DNA of 64,000 bases from a virus. Taxonomy: Duplodnaviria > Caudoviricetes. Of this stretch, positions 58,835 to 64,000 are shown one piece after another (position 1 is the first letter of the stretch; the number at the start of each line of letters is the position of its first letter). The DNA is taken from positions 32,001 through 96,000 of IMG/VR virus record IMGVR_UViG_3300047159_000040; one strand, written 5' to 3'. A program made the translations under genes and the position numbers. The notes below the pieces were generated by a model. That model saw nothing but the letters and a program-made list of their open reading frames with translations, did no database searches and was not told where the DNA came from.

Positions 58835-59638
58835 ATGCAAGACACCGATCAGTCAGCTGAGATCCTTGGTTCAGCGTACGATATGTACCGAGCCAAGAAG
58901 ATCACCAAAGGCGCCTTTGAATCAGAGCTTAAGGATTACCTTGATAACAACGGATCGCTCAGCGATTCGATCGTTAGAATCGAGGATGAGGACGGAACCG
59001 ACTCAAGCAAGTCGTTCGTCGCAGCCGTCCTGCCTGAATTGAAGAACGGAACCTATGAAACATTCATTCTCCTCGGGGCTCACTGCCTCGACAATGACTG
59101 GATCTGCGACAGAAATAATTGCGGAGTGGTCCTGAAGAATCTTCTCGACGGGCTTAACGAAGCCGCTCAGAAAGCGATCCTCGTTCTGTCGTTCTTCGAC
59201 CGCCAAGTCGAGCATAACGAATTCACGCTGTCTGACATACTGATCGCCTATCTCAAAGTGTATTACGCAGCCATCAGCTGCTATCCGCCTTCCGTCATAG
59301 ACGCCATCACCGACAAGCACATCCTCGACATCGATGCCGTCAAGAAAGCTTTGTCTGACGCAACCGACACCGATGACGCAGCCGAGCTTCTCAAGAGATT
59401 GGATGACGACAGAGTCATGCCTAAGGTGTTCTTCACCGTCATCAATGAGCAATACAGCAGCGAGATCGCGGCCAAGACGAAGACCATGAAAGCCAAGATG
59501 GCCAAGATCACCGGTCTGACTGATCTCCCTAAGGACAATGAGCTCGGAAACACGATCATCTCCAACACCAATTCTGACATCGGAGACGGATTCGGAGGGC
59601 CGGCCGGAGAGAAAGGCGGGCCGTCTATCAAGTTCTGA
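58835..59638 (+). CDS. Hypothetical late protein
   Basis: GGAGG RBS and late promoter at 58779. Confidence 0.7.
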   Translation: MQDTDQSAEILGSAYDMYRAKKITKGAFESELKDYLDNNGSLSDSIVRIEDEDGTDSSKSFVAAVLPELKNGTYETFILLGAHCLDNDWICDRNNCGVVLKNLLDGLNEAAQKAILVLSFFDRQVEHNEFTLSDILIAYLKVYYAAISCYPPSVIDAITDKHILDIDAVKKALSDATDTDDAAELLKRLDDDRVMPKVFFTVINEQYSSEIAAKTKTMKAKMAKITGLTDLPKDNELGNTIISNTNSDIGDGFGGPAGEKGGPSIKF

Positions 59639-59660
59639 TCCGACTGGAAAAAAATAAAAT

Positions 59661-59733
59661 AAACCCGGAGTCGCATAGACTTCGGGTTTTCTTTAGCAAA
59701 ATAACCGGATCCTGATTTCTCAGGACCCGGTTA
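59661..59733. terminator. Two tandem terminator hairpins between convergent operons
   Basis: AAACCCGGAGTC/GACTTCGGGTTTT and TAACCGGATCCTGA/TCAGGACCCGGTTA. Confidence 0.7.
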
Positions 59734-59748
59734 GTCTGTCAGATCAGA

Positions 59749-61386
59749 TTAGGCGATGTCAGCAGGAGAAGTAACTGCAGTCCAGTGGCCAGCGAGGTAG
59801 CCCGGGTTGCTGTTATTCTTGACGACGATTAATCCGATGGCCGGGGTGAATGCCTGGAAGGCATGTCTCTTGGTCATCATGATTGACGGAACATACGGAT
59901 GGTTCGGATCACGATATCCGCGTTCAGTCGAGAAGGTGTACGGATAGTACTTGTAGGTCATCTGATCCTCAGCATCCGGTAAGAACACGAGGTAGAGGCC
60001 ACCTTGCGGAACGAGCGGTGAGCTGATGATCTTGAAGTTGCTGCCGTTTCCGACATAAGTTCCAAGTTCATAGTCGACCGAGACGCCATCGACAGTCTGG
60101 CCTTGGCCACCGCGGAATTCCCAGTTGACGTTGCTGATGAGAGCAGTGTCGATCGGGTTGCCGACGATGCTGAAGGTGCCAATCTGGAAGTATGACGCCT
60201 GTTTGATTAATTGAGCGACGTGGTCGATCAACGGCTTAAGCTCTTCTCTCCAGAGCTTCGGGCTGCCAGCAAAGCCAGCGGCAGGAATGCAGTCGAAAGT
60301 GAAGCTGAAGTTAGTTGCCTTATAGACAGTCGAATCGAATTCATCGACTGACGGCTGATTGAGGAATTCGTTCTCAAGGAAGTCGAGAACATCCTGGTCA
60401 ACCTTGGTCGCGAAGACGTTGGTCATCGTGTCGATGACTTCGGCAGTCTGGTCGATCTTGTAGAGCGCTTGCATATCCTGGAGTTGCTCAATGGTGATAG
60501 GAGCATTGAGGTGCGTTCCAGTCGGAATTGCGATGTTGATACGCTTGGTTTCGAACATCAAGCTGTATCCAGAATCGTTGAATTCGGTTGATTGATGAAC
60601 GCGGAACACGATCCTGCATTTAGCAGGAGCAGTTCCGATCCAGCCCATATCAACAAGGCCTTTAGCGAAATCGACATTGACAGCGAGCTTGTAAGTCTTA
60701 GTGCCATCCTTGCTGGTGACAGTAACGACGGAGCTTCCATCAGTGCCCAAGATCTTGTTTAAAACAACGGTCTTGTCGATAGCAGTATCTCCAACCCCGA
60801 TGCTGTAGAGCTTAGTTCCACGATCGAGATTGGTGACGGCTTTTCCATCGCTTCCAGTAAGTAACTTCGCGCCAAGGCCAATCTTGGTTTCATCGAAAGT
60901 AGCTTCGGTGTAATCTTTCAGAGCTTGGTTTGCATCAGCAACAGTAGCGTTGCCAAGCGTATTTTGTCCAGCAGCTCCGATCAATCCTTTCGGAAGCTCG
61001 ACGCGATTGCCATCTTTGTCTTCGAAATACGGCTTAAGATAGCTGACGGTGAGGTACGGCGAATCGGCGACTTGGGTCTTGATCGCGTTCTTAAGCGCGA
61101 AACGCGGCCAAAGCTTGCGGATGACGGGCATGCTCATAGAAGCGATCGGGGTGATGCCGGAGACCGATTCTGCGAGGAGTTGCTGTTTGTTGGTGTTCGC
61201 CATGAGCTGCGACATAACCGCGGCATCATCGGCAGATGCACCCTGGGTGAGACTTTCGACGTAAGTGTGGAAGAGTTCAGGATCATTCTCGACTTCACCG
61301 AAGCCATTTCCGAGAATGCTGAGCTGCATCGACTTGAACGTGTCATAGGTCTCACGGAGAATTGACTTATAATCTGAATTTTCCAT
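59749..61386 (-). CDS. Major capsid protein (T4 gp23-like)
   Basis: Cleavable N-arm ending LLAES, PVIRK, TIEQLQDMQALYKID, and YKYYPY...PSIMMTKR. Strong codon bias. Confidence 0.9.
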   Translation of the reverse strand: MENSDYKSILRETYDTFKSMQLSILGNGFGEVENDPELFHTYVESLTQGASADDAAVMSQLMANTNKQQLLAESVSGITPIASMSMPVIRKLWPRFALKNAIKTQVADSPYLTVSYLKPYFEDKDGNRVELPKGLIGAAGQNTLGNATVADANQALKDYTEATFDETKIGLGAKLLTGSDGKAVTNLDRGTKLYSIGVGDTAIDKTVVLNKILGTDGSSVVTVTSKDGTKTYKLAVNVDFAKGLVDMGWIGTAPAKCRIVFRVHQSTEFNDSGYSLMFETKRINIAIPTGTHLNAPITIEQLQDMQALYKIDQTAEVIDTMTNVFATKVDQDVLDFLENEFLNQPSVDEFDSTVYKATNFSFTFDCIPAAGFAGSPKLWREELKPLIDHVAQLIKQASYFQIGTFSIVGNPIDTALISNVNWEFRGGQGQTVDGVSVDYELGTYVGNGSNFKIISSPLVPQGGLYLVFLPDAEDQMTYKYYPYTFSTERGYRDPNHPYVPSIMMTKRHAFQAFTPAIGLIVVKNNSNPGYLAGHWTAVTSPADIA

Positions 61387-61513
61387 GTGATATGGACCTT
61401 CCAAGTTTATTCATTCGTCCAACGATAGTACGCGGGCATTTATTTATATGAATGGTGTGTGAATGATTTTAATCGCTTTTCAACTGATGCGATGGCGGTT
61501 TTGGCGTCCGGCG

Positions 61514-62119
61514 TCATTCGTCGCCGATTTCGTCCAATTTTAGGATTGCGCGGATCTGCTTGATCGTATTGATAAGCTCGACTCTCAGCAAACCGTAGAC
61601 ATACAGATTTCGTTCATATGGGTCATCGACGAAAGCCCCAGATTTGTAAGCGTCGATCTTGTCCTTGATTAAATCAAGATTCTTGATCGCCTCTGACAAA
61701 CTAGACTTATCGACATTCTCATCTTCGAATCTGTCAGTCTCCGTCTTGTTGAGCGCTTCCTCGATGCGATCAGCGTGGTCTTTCAGCGAATCGATGAGAC
61801 CGAACACGCGCAGCTTCTTCTGACGATCAAGCTCAACTTCGGTTCCAATCGAATCTTGTTGCGACTGGATAAGTTGAGGATCTTCTTGCGGTTGCTGCAG
61901 GTACGCGGCGTCATTCATTGCTTCGGGCTGCGCATTAGCATCCTGTTGCTGACCAGCGCTAGGATCAGCCTGTTGGGGCTGCGCCGAAGGCTGGCTGGCG
62001 TCGTCATTTTGGAGATTTGGGTCATCGACCGGGGCATTTAAGTCTCGGCCGTCGCCTAGTCTTGGATCAGCCGGGATCTGATATTGGACTTCGCTCAGGT
62101 TCCAGGTTCGTTTTTCCAA
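61514..62119 (-). CDS. Gln/Asp-rich probable scaffold or prohead core protein
   Basis: Directly upstream of the MCP gene. GGAGGAG RBS with a TTG start, low-complexity acidic N-half and helical C-half. Confidence 0.55.
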   Translation of the reverse strand: MEKRTWNLSEVQYQIPADPRLGDGRDLNAPVDDPNLQNDDASQPSAQPQQADPSAGQQQDANAQPEAMNDAAYLQQPQEDPQLIQSQQDSIGTEVELDRQKKLRVFGLIDSLKDHADRIEEALNKTETDRFEDENVDKSSLSEAIKNLDLIKDKIDAYKSGAFVDDPYERNLYVYGLLRVELINTIKQIRAILKLDEIGDE

Positions 62120-62490
62120 GGCCGTCTCCTCCGTGGTTCGCTCAATTCTTTTTGCGGCTGAAAAATCGGCCGCCGGACATCAAACGCATGCATCTTTGAT
62201 ATAATCGCAGAAGCGCACATTCAATGTGGGTAATTGGTTGTTCTTTTTCTAGAAGTAAAAATTTATTTTTTTCGCATAATTTGACGAACAAATAACGAAA
62301 TAGTAATAAAATGCAAAATGGCATTATGCGTCCGTAAACACGCATGGATTCTGGCATTGTTAAAACGTAATGACTAACTTTGCATTTTATAGCGTTTTTA
62401 AGTAAATCGACCAAAATCGCAAAATCACCAGACACAGCGGAGCGAACAATTGATTATCAAAATATCGTGACTAGGAGGCTCTAATCAATC

Positions 62491-63699
62491 ATGAGCTTTA
62501 TTATAAACGAGGCTGCCATCGCTAGCGAACCACGAATCGAAAGCTCGAATGCCAACGTCGTTAAGTTCGTCGCCATTCTTCAGGAAGCCGACAAGAAGAA
62601 TAGAAACGGAAGAATCTATCCGCGCCATGTCCTTGAAGAAGGAATCTCAGCGTCGCAATTCCAGGAGAAGCTCAGAACCAAGAACCTCTTCGGAGAATGC
62701 GGACATCCTCTTGACCAGTCGGTCATGCGCCAAATGAGCATCGATCAGCGCAACATCGCTTTCATCGTCGATGAGGTTTGGTGGGATGGCGATCTGCTTA
62801 TGGGCAGATGCGAAACCGCCAACACCGAAGCCGGACGAGACATGAAAGGCCTGATCGAGCAAGGAACGCAAGTCGCGTTCAGCCTTCGCGCCCAAGGAAA
62901 CGTCCATAAGGATTACAAGCAGGGAGCCGATGTCGTCGACTCTCCTATCATGATCTGCTCTTGGGATTGGGTCTGCCTTCCGAGCCACGACAAAGCTTAT
63001 CTTGATCACATCTGCGAAGATACCAGCAAGATGATGTTCCGCGTCTCCAACACGAGATCGGTTGCAGCATCGCTCAATGAGTCGCTTTCTTTATATACTA
63101 ATGGGTCGCTTACCCCGATCGATGACAAAGCGATGAAAGGCGCCTTGGTAGAGGACTATTCCTCATACTATGGAAAGCCGGCCATCCCGCAGGACAAAAT
63201 CTATGTTCCGGATTCGAGCGACGTCGTTCAGTCCATCAACAAGAACGAGACCGTCCTCATCAACGGCAGCACGGTCAAGAAAGTCTATACCGAAGACTAC
63301 GTCATGAAGGACATCCGCTCCAAGATCAGCGAATTCGGCAAGACGCCGGAAGAGCTCAACGAAGGGGAAAAAATAAAAAAACTCCGTCATGACTATTACA
63401 TGCACAAGGCCATGCATGCCCAGGACAAAGCGTCCGACATCCAAGGCCAGATGAGCGCCGAGATGCAGAAGATCATCACGCTTGCCCTTCAGTACTACTC
63501 CAAAGAAATCGCCGCCGGCCAGATGACCGAAGACGACGCCATCAAGAAATACATGACCAAAGAGCATGGCGAGGACCATGTCTCTGGTAAGTATGACAAA
63601 CTCAGCGGCAAGAAGAACGCCGCCGAGGTCGATGTCGCATACAATGCGAAGAGGGCCGAAACCCTTATGCCTGACGCCCCTACCATGGAGGGTAAATAA
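62491..63699 (+). CDS. Prohead core protease (T4 gp21-like)
   Basis: LQEADKKNRNGRIYP, GECGHP, FSLRAQG and WDWVCLPSH. Confidence 0.92.
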   Translation: MSFIINEAAIASEPRIESSNANVVKFVAILQEADKKNRNGRIYPRHVLEEGISASQFQEKLRTKNLFGECGHPLDQSVMRQMSIDQRNIAFIVDEVWWDGDLLMGRCETANTEAGRDMKGLIEQGTQVAFSLRAQGNVHKDYKQGADVVDSPIMICSWDWVCLPSHDKAYLDHICEDTSKMMFRVSNTRSVAASLNESLSLYTNGSLTPIDDKAMKGALVEDYSSYYGKPAIPQDKIYVPDSSDVVQSINKNETVLINGSTVKKVYTEDYVMKDIRSKISEFGKTPEELNEGEKIKKLRHDYYMHKAMHAQDKASDIQGQMSAEMQKIITLALQYYSKEIAAGQMTEDDAIKKYMTKEHGEDHVSGKYDKLSGKKNAAEVDVAYNAKRAETLMPDAPTMEGK

Positions 63700-63701
63700 C
63701 A

Positions 63702-64000
63702 ATGCTTACATTAGATGAAGAATTCGAGACCAAGTACGCCGCCTATTGCCAGGAGCAGGACGACGCCGAATTGGTCGGGACCGTCGAATCGATCCAAGAA
63801 GCTGAGTATCAGTTCCTCAAGAGCGTCGACAGCATCCAGAAATACATCAATCTAGTCGAAGCTGACCCAACCGTGTCAGGCGCTTCCGCCGGAGCAGGCG
63901 GAGACGAGAATGACGACAGCCATCATGATGACGGAGGCACTCGCCGTCAGCAAGCAAAGCCCGCCGCCAGCAAATCGGAAGACAAGGTAACCTATGAAGG
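63702..64000 (+). CDS. Acidic head-associated protein, partial
   Basis: GGAGG RBS, open to the window end, and I/L-x-E motifs (SIQEA, NLVEA). Confidence 0.6.
   Translation, partial: MLTLDEEFETKYAAYCQEQDDAELVGTVESIQEAEYQFLKSVDSIQKYINLVEADPTVSGASAGAGGDENDDSHHDDGGTRRQQAKPAASKSEDKVTYE

Larger units (their letters stand above)
3028..62456. promoter_or_regulatory. Dispersed phage late promoter AACAA-N4-(T)TA, 18 copies seen
   Basis: Plus strand: 6177, 9253, 17559, 19629, 48488, 55566, 58779, 62445. Minus strand (12-mer left coordinate): 3028, 6105, 17500, 23129, 31554, 33206, 34190, 48408, 58279, 62231. Each lies upstream of and co-oriented with an operon start. Confidence 0.85.

Noticed and set aside
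62142-62435. 97-aa ORF in the AT-rich gap between the capsid and protease operons
   Set aside because: Atypical composition and no RBS. The region holds divergent late promoters (62231 and 62445).
1-64000. Alternative genetic code (TAG or TGA recoding) as seen in some large gut phages
   Set aside because: Core genes are full length in code 11, and TAA, TAG and TGA all end genes at sensible boundaries.

Overview
This is a 64 kb piece of a jumbo myophage genome in standard genetic code 11, probably of the AR9/PBS1/phiR1-37-like group that carries a multisubunit RNA polymerase. The host is most likely a Bacillota member, inferred from sigmaA promoters, AGGAGG RBSs and a CdaA-type cyclase. Most of the window is the virion morphogenesis module: tail fibre, terminase large subunit, sheath, tube, portal, baseplate parts, neck, major capsid protein and prohead protease. 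It also holds a GroEL-like chaperonin, primase, RusA, split RNAP beta-prime pieces, a possible sigma-like subunit, and host-like genes (bS21, diadenylate cyclase, GT2 glycosyltransferase, metallophosphoesterase). The most interesting signals are non-coding. (1) An operon-like locus of two structured small RNAs, each with its own sigmaA promoter, sits directly upstream of the phage bS21 gene; the second RNA exposes anti-Shine-Dalgarno sequences, and a TnpB element has inserted into its promoter. (2) A dispersed G(G)-(A/T)~16-C(C) motif recurs about every 2 kb, even inside coding sequence. (3) About 18 copies of an AR9-type late promoter (AACA-N6-TA) are present, several giving leaderless mRNAs or leaderless mini-ORFs coupled to the main gene. 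All calls come from reading motifs by eye; no database searches were run.
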